Of a stretch of 64,000 nt of DNA, positions 63,765-64,000 are shown piece by piece; the stretch's first letter is position 1, and every line of letters starts with the position of its first letter. The notes beneath the pieces are model-generated. The model saw only the letters and a list, made by a program, of their open reading frames with translations. It had not been told where the DNA came from and made no database searches. Source of the DNA: Scyliorhinus canicula (Eukaryota). The translations under genes and the position numbers were made by a program. The stretch spans positions 80,951,072 through 81,015,071 of the forward strand of contig NC_052154.1 of the NCBI RefSeq assembly GCF_902713615.1. The letters are read 5' to 3'.

Positions 63765-64000
63765 AGAATCATAGAATTTACAGTGCTGAAGGAGGCCATT
63801 CGGCCCATCGAGTCTGCACTTGGAAAGAGCAACCTACCCAAGCCCACGCCTTTACCCTTTTCCAGTAACTCCACCAAAACCTTTGGACACTGTGGGAAAA
63901 ATTTGCACAGCCAATCCGCCTAACCTGCACATCTTTGGTCTGTGGGAGGAAACCGGAACACTTGGAGGAAACCCACGGATACACGGGAAGAACGTGCAGA
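63765..64000 (-). mobile_element. V-SINE (intronic, cut by window edge)
   Basis: catagaatcatagaa tail and V-domain. Confidence 0.85.

Overview
Repeat-dense vertebrate genomic DNA. It is most likely from a cartilaginous fish such as a catshark; this is inferred from V-SINE, CR1, L1/Tx1 and Penelope families, not from a database search. Most of the window is nested retroelements: a decayed Gmr1-type Gypsy LTR element (SCAN-like gag, order PR-IN-RT) hit by an L1 and a near-full-length CR1, two more L1/Tx1 copies, many CR1/RTE/Harbinger remnants and about 15 SINEs. Two host genes can be rebuilt from splice signals. (1) A complete minus-strand non-rearranging Ig-superfamily receptor at 35183-40858: leader, germline-joined VJ domain, C1 domain, uncharged TM, and a tail with an ITIM (LHYATL) and an ITSM-like motif (TEYAQL). 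(2) The 5' part (leader + VJ exon) of a divergently oriented paralog at 63068-63639, with a broken duplicate V exon just upstream. A heavily decayed class I fusion-protein (paramyxovirus-F-like) envelope remnant with a putative PPT/LTR lies at about 49.75-52.1 kb, split by a Penelope-like hairpin. No rRNA, true tRNA genes or CRISPR arrays were seen. Boundaries of old repeats are approximate.
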